A stretch of DNA of 64,000 nt from an uncultured delta proteobacterium. GTDB lineage: Bacteria > Myxococcota > Myxococcia > Myxococcales > Myxococcaceae. Within the stretch, counting starts at the first letter, position 1. Every line of letters begins with the position of its first letter. Under the pieces are notes generated by a model. It saw only the letters and a program-made list of their open reading frames with translations, had not been told where the DNA came from and ran no database searches. Location: NCBI GenBank assembly GCA_963796055.1, contig CAWCKH010000003.1, positions 576,001 through 640,000 of the forward strand. The letters run 5' to 3'. Below, in pieces: positions 8,379 to 17,928 of the stretch. A program made the translations under genes and the position numbers.

Positions 8379-10981
8379 GGCAGATCGCGCGCAAGGGGGG
8401 GTTCCTGCTGGCCGCCGTACTCCTCGCCGGAGCCAGTCGACCGGCCAGCGCCGCCGTGCCGGACCGTGCCTCCGTCGAGCAGCTCCTGGCGAAGATGCAG
8501 TCCGCCATCGTCGCGCGAGACCTCGACGGCTTGCTCGGCGCGTACGACCCGGGGGACCAGGCGCTGGTCGCCCGGGTGCGCGGCGAGGCGCAGGGATGGT
8601 TCGCTCTGGAGGGCGCACGGGTCGCCTACCAGCTGGGTTTGCTCACGCCGGCCCAGGAGAGCCTCGAGGCGGTGGTGCTGCGGGAGATCCGCTGGCGCGA
8701 GCACGGCCGCGACCAGATCGAGGCGAAGTGGGAGACGGTCCAGCTCCGTCAGCTGGCGACCAGATGGAGGATCACCACCGAGGCTGAGCGGACCTTCGCC
8801 CGGGCGACCAGCACCGATCTGCGCGTGGAGCTCCACCCGGAGGACGGAACCATACGGGGCTCCTCGAAGCTCGAGGTGGAGGTGATCGCCCCCGGGGAGG
8901 ATTCCCTGATTCTGGTATTGAACCGTGGCCTGGCGGTGAAGTCGATCCGGGACGGCGGCGGGCGCACGGTCCGCTTCTCGCGCGAGGCGGATGCGATCTC
9001 CGTTCCCCAGCAGCGTTCGCTCCGGTCGGGAGAGCGACGGACCTTCGCCATCGAGTTCGCCGGGACGTTCTTCAACGAGAGCAAGGAGCAGGGCTACTCG
9101 CAGGTGAGCATCGCGCCGGCGGGCTCCTTCGCCAGCTGGGTCACCGAGTGGTACCCGAGGGTGCAGGGCAGCGGATCGAAGTCACCGGGCCGCATCACCT
9201 TCGACGTGCCGGAGGGTGTGACCGTCGCCAGCAGCGGTCGCCTCACCGAGACCCGGAGCGTCGGGGCCCGTTCGCGCCAGGTGTTCTCCGTCGACCGGCC
9301 ACTGGACTTCTCCTTCGCCGTGGCCCGCTACTTTCACCGGGAGAAGACCGTCGGGGGCGTGCGCCTGGGGATCTACCTCCTCCGCGGTGGGGAGCCGAAG
9401 GCCGAGCTCTACCTGCGAGAGGCCACCCGGATCCTGGAGATCGAGCAGTCCCTGTACGGCCCCTACCCCTTCGATGGATACGCGGTCGTGGAGATCCCCT
9501 CGGACGTGACCGGCGGGCTCGGGGGCTCCAGCGAGCAGGGAATGAACCTGTTTCCGGTCGGCGTCCTCCCCGAGACGGGGTTCCCGCTCCTCCTGGTGGC
9601 CCACGAGATGGGGCACAGCTGGTGGGGCAATCTCGTCGGCTCCACCGGCGGACCGATCGTCGACGAGGGCCTGGCGCAGATGTCGGCGGTCCTCTGTCTC
9701 CTGGAGCTCCAGGGCGAGAGGGCGGTGCGGAGCTTTCTGAAGAACGGCGTCCCGGGCTACGCGCAGTCCGCGACGCAGTACTTCCTGCGCTTCGCTGGCC
9801 CTGGCGGGAAGGACTATCCCCTCAGCGCCACGGCCCAGGGCTCGGACGCAGCCGGCGCGATGCACGACATCGCCGACACCAAGGGGATGTTCGTCTACGA
9901 GATGCTGCGCGAGCGGATCGGCCACGCTGCCTTCGTCGGCGGGCTCAGGTCGGTGGTGGAGAGCTTCGCCGGAAAGAACGTCTCGCTCGGCGATCTCCGC
10001 GTGGCCTGGGAGCGCACCAGCGGCCAAGACCTGTCGCAGTTCTGGGGTCAGTGGATGGACCGGACGGGAGCGCCCGACCTCGGGCTGGAGTGGACCGCGA
10101 GGAGTGAAGGCCGGGGCTTCGTGGTCTCCGGAGCCATCTCCCAGCAGGGAACGCCCTACGACGTCACCGCCGAGGTCGCCCTCGCCTACCCGGGCCGCCA
10201 CGACACGAAGACGGTGTCGGTGTCGGGACCCTCCACGGCGTTTTCCTTCACCACCCAGCAGAAGCCGCAGTGGGTGGTGCTCGACTCCGACTACAAGATC
10301 CTCCGCTGGACGCCCGCCTTCCGGAACGCCCGGCTACTCGTCGACGGCATCGGACTGTCGAGCATGGGCCGGAGCCAGGAGGCCATCGCCAAGCTCTCCG
10401 ACTACCTCGGCAAGGTCCCGGAGAGCCTCGAGGGCAGGTACCAGCTCGGAGTCGCTGCCCAGGACGCGGGAAGGGTCGGCGATGCCGAGCGCGCGTTCCG
10501 TGAGGTGCTGGATCGATACGCCAGCCTTGGCGTGTACGAGCCGGCGGTGACCCAGAGCGCGGCCCACCTGGGACAGGTGCTCGACCTGGCGGGTCGCCGA
10601 GACGAGGCGCTCGCCGCCTACCGCCGCGCCCTCGACCTTCCGGCGCAGGGCTCTGCCCACGAAGAGGCCAGAGCGGGGCTGGCAGCACCGTTCAAGCGAA
10701 CGGAGAGGCCGCCCCCCCCCAGCCGGGAGCTCCTGGCCCGCTTCGCCGGAACGTACGACGGAGGGCAAGGGATCGCGTTCCGCGTCGGACTGGACGAGAA
10801 CGGCGTGCTCACCGTCTCGCAGAAGGGGAGGCCCACCGCTCCCCTGCTCTGGGTCGAGGGCAGCAAGTTCCGGGTCCCGGGAGCGACCGCGATCGTGCTC
10901 GAGTTCAAGGGCGGCGCGGAGGTGAGCAGCGTCGACGTGGACGCGGGCGGACTGCAGCTTCATCTGCCGAAGACGAAGTGA
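8375..10981 (+). CDS. Exported M1-family (gluzincin) peptidase-like protein with TPR repeats
   Basis: Signal peptide; AHEMGHSWWGNLV..VDEGL Zn motif; TPR-like helices near the C-terminus; ATGA overlap with upstream ORF. Confidence 0.8.
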   Translation: MRQIARKGGFLLAAVLLAGASRPASAAVPDRASVEQLLAKMQSAIVARDLDGLLGAYDPGDQALVARVRGEAQGWFALEGARVAYQLGLLTPAQESLEAVVLREIRWREHGRDQIEAKWETVQLRQLATRWRITTEAERTFARATSTDLRVELHPEDGTIRGSSKLEVEVIAPGEDSLILVLNRGLAVKSIRDGGGRTVRFSREADAISVPQQRSLRSGERRTFAIEFAGTFFNESKEQGYSQVSIAPAGSFASWVTEWYPRVQGSGSKSPGRITFDVPEGVTVASSGRLTETRSVGARSRQVFSVDRPLDFSFAVARYFHREKTVGGVRLGIYLLRGGEPKAELYLREATRILEIEQSLYGPYPFDGYAVVEIPSDVTGGLGGSSEQGMNLFPVGVLPETGFPLLLVAHEMGHSWWGNLVGSTGGPIVDEGLAQMSAVLCLLELQGERAVRSFLKNGVPGYAQSATQYFLRFAGPGGKDYPLSATAQGSDAAGAMHDIADTKGMFVYEMLRERIGHAAFVGGLRSVVESFAGKNVSLGDLRVAWERTSGQDLSQFWGQWMDRTGAPDLGLEWTARSEGRGFVVSGAISQQGTPYDVTAEVALAYPGRHDTKTVSVSGPSTAFSFTTQQKPQWVVLDSDYKILRWTPAFRNARLLVDGIGLSSMGRSQEAIAKLSDYLGKVPESLEGRYQLGVAAQDAGRVGDAERAFREVLDRYASLGVYEPAVTQSAAHLGQVLDLAGRRDEALAAYRRALDLPAQGSAHEEARAGLAAPFKRTERPPPPSRELLARFAGTYDGGQGIAFRVGLDENGVLTVSQKGRPTAPLLWVEGSKFRVPGATAIVLEFKGGAEVSSVDVDAGGLQLHLPKTK

Positions 10982-11005
10982 GTCGGGACCGGCAACCCCG
11001 GGGGC

Positions 11006-12595
11006 TCAGCGCGTCCCGGTCCGGCGTCGTGCCGGCTTGACCGCCGTGCCGCCACGGAAGCGCGCCACCTCGATCTCGTACTTGCGGACCTTGTAGCCGA
11101 TGATCCGCTCGGTGGTGCCGAGCAGCCGCGCCGCCTTGGCCCGGTTGCCACGGGCGCTCTTCAGCGCGTCGAGGATGAGGTCCTTCTCGTACTGCTCGAT
11201 GGCGTCGGAGAGCGAGGCCTGCACCGCGGTTCCGGACGCCTCCGCGGTCTGGAGCGTGGGCGGCAGGTCGTGCCCGTGGATGACCTGCCCGTCGCAGGTC
11301 AGCACCGCCCGCTCGATGATGTTCTCCAGCTCGCGGACGTTGCCCGGCCAGTGGTAGCTCATCAACATGTCGATGGCCGGGGTGGCGATGCGCTTGATCC
11401 GCTTGTTGTGCCGGCGCGCGTACTTCATGAGGAAGTGATCGGCCAGGAGCATCACGTCCGGCTTCCGGTCGCGCAGCGGCGGGACGAAGATGGAGAAGAC
11501 GTTGAGCCGGTAATAGAGATCCTCGCGGAAGTGCTTCTCCGCCATGGCCGCCTCGAGGTCGCGGTTGGTGGCGGCGACGAGGCGGATGTCGGCCTTGATG
11601 GTCTCGGTCCCGCCCAGCCGCTCGAACTCGCCTTCCTGGAGCACGCGGAGCAGCTTCACCTGCGTGGAGAGGTTGAGCTCGCCCACCTCGTCCAGGAACA
11701 GCGTCCCGCCGTGGGCCAGCTCGAACCGGCCGCGCTTCCGGGCCTGCGCGCCGGTGAACGCCCCCTTCTCGTAGCCGAACAGCTCCGACTCGATCAGCGT
11801 TTCCGGCAGCGCGGCGCAGCTCACCTTCACGAACGGTTTCGAGGCCCGCGGCGAGTTGTAGTGGATGGCGTGGGCGATGAGCTCCTTGCCCGTGCCCGAC
11901 TCGCCGCGGATGAGCACGGTGGTGGTGGTCTGGGCCACCTGGGCGATCTGCTCGTAGACCTGCCGCATCGGTCCGCTGGTGCCGATGATGTTCGACAGGT
12001 CGTACCGCTCCTCCAGCTCGGAGCGAAGGTTCTTGTTCTCCGCCAGCAACCGGCTGCGCTCGTCCTCGATGGCTCGCTGCGCCCGGAGGGCCTGGGCCAT
12101 CATCGCCGCCACCACCCCCAGGAACTGCATCTCGGACTGGAAGTCGCGCCCCGGCTGGAACGGCACGTCCACCACCAGGACCCCCGCCGGCTGCCGGTCG
12201 AAGGCGATGGGGACACAGAGGACGCTCACCTCGGGCGCCCCGGCCCGGCGGCGCTGGAAGGCACGGTTCAGGAGCAGCGGCTCCCGGGCACTCGCCGGCA
12301 CCACCACCGGTCGCCCGGACTGCAGAACGCGGCCGATGATTCCCTCTCCCGGCCGGTAGCGTGCCCCGAGCCCCTCCTCGGAGATGCCCACCGCCGCATC
12401 CACTTGAAGCACGCCCGATTCCTCGTGGAAGAGGAACACCGCGCCCCGGACGATGCCCAGGGCCTCCTCCAGCAGCTCGAGCGCGCGCTCCAGGGCAGGC
12501 CGGATCTCGGCCGCGCGGGCGAGGGCCCGACCGATGTCGGCGAGCACGGCGAGCGCGCGTTGATCCTCCCGTGCAAGATGGGCGCGCCTGGGCAC
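11006..12595 (-). CDS. Sigma54-dependent activator, NifA-like (GAF-AAA+-Fis HTH)
   Basis: GESGTGKE, ELFGYEKGAFTGA, FLDEVGE, WPGNVRELEN, C-terminal HTH; N-terminal GAF. Confidence 0.92.
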   Translation of the reverse strand: MPRRAHLAREDQRALAVLADIGRALARAAEIRPALERALELLEEALGIVRGAVFLFHEESGVLQVDAAVGISEEGLGARYRPGEGIIGRVLQSGRPVVVPASAREPLLLNRAFQRRRAGAPEVSVLCVPIAFDRQPAGVLVVDVPFQPGRDFQSEMQFLGVVAAMMAQALRAQRAIEDERSRLLAENKNLRSELEERYDLSNIIGTSGPMRQVYEQIAQVAQTTTTVLIRGESGTGKELIAHAIHYNSPRASKPFVKVSCAALPETLIESELFGYEKGAFTGAQARKRGRFELAHGGTLFLDEVGELNLSTQVKLLRVLQEGEFERLGGTETIKADIRLVAATNRDLEAAMAEKHFREDLYYRLNVFSIFVPPLRDRKPDVMLLADHFLMKYARRHNKRIKRIATPAIDMLMSYHWPGNVRELENIIERAVLTCDGQVIHGHDLPPTLQTAEASGTAVQASLSDAIEQYEKDLILDALKSARGNRAKAARLLGTTERIIGYKVRKYEIEVARFRGGTAVKPARRRTGTR

Positions 12596-12638
12596 GAAGG
12601 GTCAGCGTGCCAGGTACGGGACGGCGACAGCAACCGCT

Positions 12639-13685
12639 TCAGGTCCAGCGGAAGAGCCGCAAGGCCAGGGCGAAGCTTCCCACCCCCCAGACGAGCAGGA
12701 CCAGGGCCGGGAGGACCAGGGCGGACAGCCCGGCGCCGTCGATGGAGATGGCCCGGAGCCCGTCGATCAGGGCGGTGAGCGGCAGAGCCCCGAGGACGGG
12801 CTGGAGCCATCCCGGGAAGTGGCTGGAGGAGAAGAACACCCCCGAGACCACCGTCATCGGGAGGGTGACCAGGTTCATGAGCCCGCTGGCGGTCTCGGAG
12901 TTCTGTGCCCGGCTCGCCACCAGGGCCGACAGGCCACCGAACGTGAGCGCGCCGAGGAGGCCCCAGACGACGAAGGTCACCGGATTTCCTGCCACCCGGA
13001 CGTCGAAGAGCAGCCGGGCAAATCCCAGGAAGAAGAGCACCTCCAGCACCGCGAGGAGGAGCCGCCCCGCGGTGAAGGCGAGCAGGAAGTCCAGCTTGCG
13101 CATCGGCGTGGCGGCGAGGCGGCGGAGGAGCTTCCCCATCCGCATCTGGACGATGGCCCATCCCAGGCCCCAGATGCTCGAGGACATCAGCCCGAACCCG
13201 AGCAGCCCGGGAACCAGGAAGTCGATGTACCGGGTGCCGGGCACCGTGACCTGCTCCTCGGTGAGGGTCAGCGGGTCGGCCCGCCCTGCGGCGCGCTGGA
13301 GCGCATCCACCGCCAGGAGCCGTGCCGAGCGGGCGTCGGGCTGAGTCGGGTCGAGGAGCAGCCGTGGGCTGGGGCCGGGGACGACCACCAGCGCGACCTT
13401 CCCCCGCCGGAGGGCCTGGCGCGCGTCCTCCAGGGTCATCTCGGTCACGCCGAGCCCCTCGCTCGCCCCGAGCGCGGCGATCACCGCCGCTCGCCCCGGA
13501 CCGTCGGCCACCGCCACCGAGAGCCGTGTCCCGGCCTGGTTCCGGAAGGCGAGCCCGAGCGCCACCGACATGAGCAGCGGGAAGCCGAAGACCCAGAAGG
13601 TCGCCGACGGCTCGCGGGTGAAGCCGCGCAGCCGCATGAGCAGCAGCTGCCAGAAGGGGTTGAGCCAGCCGCCCGCGCCCCTCAT
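12639..13685 (-). CDS. ABC-2 type exporter permease
   Basis: REPSATFWVFGFP, RYIDFLVPGLLG, six TM segments; ATGA overlap with the ATPase stop. Confidence 0.88.
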   Translation of the reverse strand: MRGAGGWLNPFWQLLLMRLRGFTREPSATFWVFGFPLLMSVALGLAFRNQAGTRLSVAVADGPGRAAVIAALGASEGLGVTEMTLEDARQALRRGKVALVVVPGPSPRLLLDPTQPDARSARLLAVDALQRAAGRADPLTLTEEQVTVPGTRYIDFLVPGLLGFGLMSSSIWGLGWAIVQMRMGKLLRRLAATPMRKLDFLLAFTAGRLLLAVLEVLFFLGFARLLFDVRVAGNPVTFVVWGLLGALTFGGLSALVASRAQNSETASGLMNLVTLPMTVVSGVFFSSSHFPGWLQPVLGALPLTALIDGLRAISIDGAGLSALVLPALVLLVWGVGSFALALRLFRWT

Positions 13686-14614
13686 CCCTCCTCCGCCTCG
13701 GCGATGGTGCGCCCGGTGAGCGCGAGGAAGACGTCGTCCAGCGTGGCGGCCCGGGTGGAGAGGCGGACCAGCGCGCTCCGGTGCTCGTCCGCGAGCCGGA
13801 GGAGCCCGGGCACGGCCTCGTGCAGCGCCTGGACGGAGAGCGACACCATCTCCCCCCGCTGCCGGCGGCCGCTGAATCCGGGCACCCGCTCGAGGGCCTG
13901 GGGCGGGATGGGCGGCTCGGCCACGAACTCGACCAGCTGCTCGCCCCCCAGCGAATGCACCAGCGCCTCGGGGCTGCCCCGGGCGACCACCTTCCCGTGG
14001 TCGACGATGACGATGTCGTCGCAGAGGACGGCTGCCTCCTCCATGTAGTGCGTGGTCAGCACCACGGTGCGGCCGCGGCCCTTCAGCCCCTCGATGATGG
14101 TCCACAGGCCCCGGCGGCTCACCGGGTCCAGGCCGGTGGTCGGCTCGTCGAGGAAGAGCAGCTCTGGGTCACCGACCAGCCCCACCGCGAGCGCCAGCCG
14201 CTGCTTCTGCCCCCCGGAGAGGGTCCCCACCCGGGCGCCCCGCTTCTCCTCCAGGTCCACGTGGCCGAGCGCCACCTCCACCGCCGGGCCGCGCGGGTAG
14301 AAGCTCCGGAACAGGGTCAGCGTCTCCTCCACGGTGAGCTTCTCGTGGAAGCGCGTCTCCTGAAGGGTGACCCCGATCCGCGAGCGGATGCCCTCCGGAT
14401 CCTCGGCCCAGGTGCGGCCCAGGACCCGGACCGTGCCCGAGGTGGACGGCTGGAGGCCCTCGAGGATCTCCACGGTGGTGGTCTTCCCCGCCCCGTTCGG
14501 CCCGAGCAGCCCCAGACAGGTCCCTTCGGGGACGGTGAGATCGAGACCGTCCACGGCGACCAGGTCGCCGAAGCGCTTCACCAGCCGCTCCACCTCGATT
14601 GCCAGGGCTGCCAT
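13682..14614 (-). CDS. ABC-2 type exporter ATP-binding protein
   Basis: GPNGAGKTT, LSGGQKQR, FLDEPTTGLD, TTHYMEEA. Confidence 0.93.
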   Translation of the reverse strand: MAALAIEVERLVKRFGDLVAVDGLDLTVPEGTCLGLLGPNGAGKTTTVEILEGLQPSTSGTVRVLGRTWAEDPEGIRSRIGVTLQETRFHEKLTVEETLTLFRSFYPRGPAVEVALGHVDLEEKRGARVGTLSGGQKQRLALAVGLVGDPELLFLDEPTTGLDPVSRRGLWTIIEGLKGRGRTVVLTTHYMEEAAVLCDDIVIVDHGKVVARGSPEALVHSLGGEQLVEFVAEPPIPPQALERVPGFSGRRQRGEMVSLSVQALHEAVPGLLRLADEHRSALVRLSTRAATLDDVFLALTGRTIAEAEEG

Positions 14615-14926
14615 GGAGACGGCGCCTGTTACTCAACGCGGCCCGCAAGGGGCAAGGCCGGGATCGCCGATGGGCGAACGCCACCGGCTGGTCCGGACGC
14701 TCTGCAGCCGCCTCGGGAGTCTCGGCGGAGAACCGGGCGGACGGCTCGCTCGCGTTCTCGGTGCACGCCTCGCACGATCGGCCTGCGCCTGCACCCCGCG
14801 CCCCGAAGGTGCAGAATCTGCGCGCCGGCAGCGGCTCCCGCATCCGGTGCGGGGGCCTGAGCGCCGACCACGATGGCCGCCCTCTCGGTTTGCAAGGGTC
14901 CGGCCATTGCACGCTCGAAGGCCTGC

Positions 14927-15247
14927 ATGGGCGCAGATCTCGGTCGTCTCCTCGATGCGGAGCAGACCTTCGCTGCGCGGGTCGACACCGCGCGGCGTGA
15001 GGCGCGTGCGGTCGTCGAGGCCGCTCGCCGCGACGCCGAGGCGCTGGCCGGCGACTCCACCACGCGGCTCGCGCAGGCCCGCGAGGCGCTCGCCGCGGAC
15101 GAGGAACGCACCCTGGCCGCGGAGCTGGCCAGCCTCGAGGCGGAGACCCGGGCCCGCATCGAGCGGCTCGCGGGCGTCGACCAGGCACGGGTGGCGGAGC
15201 TCGCGGACGCCGTTCTTCGCGCGCTGCTCTCGGGAGGCCTCGGGTGA
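14927..15247 (+). CDS. V/A-type ATPase subunit G (H), peripheral stalk
   Basis: Ala/Arg/Glu-rich coiled coil (ARREARAVVEAARRDAE) as first gene before subunit I. Confidence 0.7.
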   Translation: MGADLGRLLDAEQTFAARVDTARREARAVVEAARRDAEALAGDSTTRLAQAREALAADEERTLAAELASLEAETRARIERLAGVDQARVAELADAVLRALLSGGLG

Positions 15248-17121
15248 TCCGCGCCATGCGCCGTGTCCGGGTCATGGGGCCGCGGCGCGAGCTGGAGGCC
15301 ACCCTGCGTGTCCTCCAGGACCTGGGGTCGATGCACCTCGCCTCTCCTCCCCGGCTGCCGGCGCTCAACCCCTCTCCGACCACGCGACGCGAGCAGCGGC
15401 TGCTGCGCCAGCTGCGGGCGCTGGTGGCAGATGCCGAGACGGCCCGGACGCTCCTCGAGCTCCCGCAGACCCCCGTCACCGCGCCCCCTCCCGACCCGGT
15501 GCCCTGGGCCCGCTGGGCGCGCCAGGCGCGCCATCTCCGCCGCCGGGCGGAGCAGCTGCGGGAACGCCGGCAGCGCTTCGAGGAGGAGCGCGCGCTGCTC
15601 GGCAAGTACCGCGAGATGCTCGACGCCTTCTCCGGCCTCTTCGAGGCGGGCCAGATCCCCGCGGCGGTGCGCGCGTACCACATCATCCTCCGGCCCGGGC
15701 AGGCCTCGGTGGTCGAGCCGCTCCGCCAGGCGCTGGCCGAGGCGCTGGACTCGGCCTTCGAGCTCCGCACCCGGACCCTGTCCGCCGGCGACACCGCGCT
15801 CTTGCTGCTCGTCCCGCTGCCGCGCGCCGCCCGGGTGGAGCGGCTCCTGGGCGAGAGCGGAGTGCAGGAGGTCCCGCTCCCCGCGGGCTACGAGTGCGCC
15901 ACCGCGGCCGAGGCGCTCCCCAGGATGCGGGCCCGGCTCGAAGCCCTCCCCGCGCTGCTGGAGGAGGTCGACGGCGAGCGCAAGATTGAGGCAGCGGTGG
16001 CAGCGGGAGCGCTTCCCCCGATGCTCGCCGCCGCGCAGGACGCCATCACCCGCCTCGAGGCGGTGGGGCACGCGGCCTCCACCCGGACCGCGTTCGTCCT
16101 CGAGGGCTGGGTACCTGCGCCCGACCTCCCGGGACTCGGCGAAGCGCTTCGCCAGCGCATCGGCCCGGAGATCACCGTCGAGGAGCTGCCCGCAGCCCCG
16201 GACGTGGACGCTCCGGTGGTGCTCCAGAACCCACGCCTGTTCCGCCCCTTCCAGCTGCTGGTGGAGATGCTCCCCCTGCCGACCTACGGGAGCATCGACC
16301 CGACGCCGTTCGTGGCGGTGTTCTTCCCGATGTTCTTCGGCCTGATGCTCGGGGACATCGGCTACGGGGTGGTGATGCTCGGGCTGGGCGTGCTCCTCCA
16401 CCGCCGCTCGCGGCCGGGCACCCCGCTCCACGCCGTCGCCCAGATCGCCCTCGTCTGCTCGGTATTCACCATCATCTTCGGCGTGCTCTTCGGGGAGCTG
16501 TTCGGGGACGCGGGCCGCCGCCTGTTCGGGCTCCACCCGCTGGTGCTCGACCGCGAGGAGCCGAAGGACATCGTCTCCTTCCTGATCCTCTGCGTTGGCA
16601 TCGGCGGGGTGCACGTGCTGCTCGGCCTGGTGCTGGGCGTGTTCAACGCGGTGCACGGCCACCACCGGAGGCAGGCCGTCGGCCGCGGCCTCTCGGCGGT
16701 GATGATCCTGCTGGTCGTGGTGGCGCTGCTGGCGGCGGTGAAGCTCCTGCCCGCGCAGCTCCTCACCCCGGCGGTGGTGGTGCTCCTGATCGCCTTCCCC
16801 GTGCTGGTCATCGCCGAGGGCATCGTGGCCCCGGTGGAGCTGCTGGCCACCATGGGCAACATCCTCTCCTACGCCCGTATCATGGCGCTCGGGACGGCGT
16901 CGGTGATGCTCGCCGTGGTCGCCAACCGGCTGGCCGGCGCCATGGGCAGCGTGGTGGTGGGCGCCATCTTCGCCCTGCTCTTCCACCTGGTGAACTTCGC
17001 GCTCGGGCTCTTCAGCCCGACCGTGCACGCGCTCCGGCTCCACTACGTCGAGTTCTTCGGCCGGTTCTACAGCCCGGGCGGCGTGCGCTACCGACCGTTC
17101 ACCCACTGGAGGACGCACTGA
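15244..17121 (+). CDS. V/A-type ATPase subunit I (a)
   Basis: P..YGSIDPTPF..FFPMFFGLMLGDIGYG, SYARIMALG (essential Arg), HALRLHYVEFF. Confidence 0.94.
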   Translation: MIRAMRRVRVMGPRRELEATLRVLQDLGSMHLASPPRLPALNPSPTTRREQRLLRQLRALVADAETARTLLELPQTPVTAPPPDPVPWARWARQARHLRRRAEQLRERRQRFEEERALLGKYREMLDAFSGLFEAGQIPAAVRAYHIILRPGQASVVEPLRQALAEALDSAFELRTRTLSAGDTALLLLVPLPRAARVERLLGESGVQEVPLPAGYECATAAEALPRMRARLEALPALLEEVDGERKIEAAVAAGALPPMLAAAQDAITRLEAVGHAASTRTAFVLEGWVPAPDLPGLGEALRQRIGPEITVEELPAAPDVDAPVVLQNPRLFRPFQLLVEMLPLPTYGSIDPTPFVAVFFPMFFGLMLGDIGYGVVMLGLGVLLHRRSRPGTPLHAVAQIALVCSVFTIIFGVLFGELFGDAGRRLFGLHPLVLDREEPKDIVSFLILCVGIGGVHVLLGLVLGVFNAVHGHHRRQAVGRGLSAVMILLVVVALLAAVKLLPAQLLTPAVVVLLIAFPVLVIAEGIVAPVELLATMGNILSYARIMALGTASVMLAVVANRLAGAMGSVVVGAIFALLFHLVNFALGLFSPTVHALRLHYVEFFGRFYSPGGVRYRPFTHWRTH

Positions 17122-17342
17122 TGCAGCTCTTCTGGATCACCCTCAGTGCCGCGCTGGCCATCTCCATCCCCGCGCTGGCCACGGCCTGGGCGCAGTCGCG
17201 CATCGGCCCGGCGGCCGCGGCGAGCCTCGCCGAGAAGCCCGAGCTGAGCACGACGGTCATCGTGATGCTCGCCATCCCGGAGACGATGTCCATCCTCGGC
17301 TTCGTGGTGGCGATGTTCATCATGCTCCGCGCCGGGGCGTAG
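17121..17342 (+). CDS. V/A-type ATPase proteolipid subunit K (c), single hairpin
   Basis: 73 aa, two TM helices, AQSRIG..AEKP loop, IPETM carboxylate. Confidence 0.93.
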   Translation: MQLFWITLSAALAISIPALATAWAQSRIGPAAAASLAEKPELSTTVIVMLAIPETMSILGFVVAMFIMLRAGA

Positions 17343-17346
17343 TGCC

Positions 17347-17928
17347 GTGCCGCTGCCGGACCTGCTCGAGGCGCTCGGGCGCTCGACCGACGAGGAGGTC
17401 GCCGGTCTTCTCTCGGCCGCCCGGGACGAGGCGGAGGCGATCCGCGCCACCGCCCGTGCCGGGGCCGAGGAGCGGCTGGGGCGCACCCTCGAGGCCGAGC
17501 GGGCGCGGCTCCGCCAAGAGGGGGAGCGGCGGCGGGTGGCGGCGCGCCGCGAGGCCACCGCGCGCCTGCTCCGTGCACGTGCCGCGCTCCTGGACCGGGT
17601 CTTCGAGGCCGCGCGCGCCCGGGCCCCGGCGGTGCTGGTGTGGCCGGAGTACGCCCCAGCGCTCGAGGCCACCGTCCGGAGCGTCCGGGAGCTCCTGGGG
17701 GCCGACCCTGGGACGCTGCGCTGCGCGCCCGGCGACCTCGAGCGGGTGCGCAGCTGGGTGGCGGGCTCGACGCTCTCGGTACTCCCTTCGCCGGAGGTCA
17801 CGGCCGGGCTGCACTGCACGGCGGACGGCGGCCGGCTCACCGTGGACCTCACCCTCCCGGTACGGCTGGAGAGGGAGCGCCCCACGCTGGCCATCGCGGT
17901 CGGGCAGGCGCTGGAGGTGGCGGGATGA
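17347..17928 (+). CDS. V/A-type ATPase subunit E
   Basis: N-terminal coiled coil, AGL...DGGRLTVDLTL..RLE C-terminus; operon position. Confidence 0.8.
   Translation: MPLPDLLEALGRSTDEEVAGLLSAARDEAEAIRATARAGAEERLGRTLEAERARLRQEGERRRVAARREATARLLRARAALLDRVFEAARARAPAVLVWPEYAPALEATVRSVRELLGADPGTLRCAPGDLERVRSWVAGSTLSVLPSPEVTAGLHCTADGGRLTVDLTLPVRLERERPTLAIAVGQALEVAG

Noticed and set aside
11006..12595. Nitrogen fixation regulon (nifA)
   Set aside because: No nif genes in the window; the architecture is shared by many sigma54 activators
14896..14911. Sigma54 promoter for the V/A-ATPase operon (GGGTCCGGCCATTGCA)
   Set aside because: Poor -24 match, and the implied start site leaves almost no leader before the ATG at 14927
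17121..17342. Na+-coupling of the V/A-ATPase suggested by Gln and ET in subunit K
   Set aside because: The further Thr and Tyr ligands are absent (ETMSIL), and the H+-coupled Thermus proteolipid has the same Q/ET pattern
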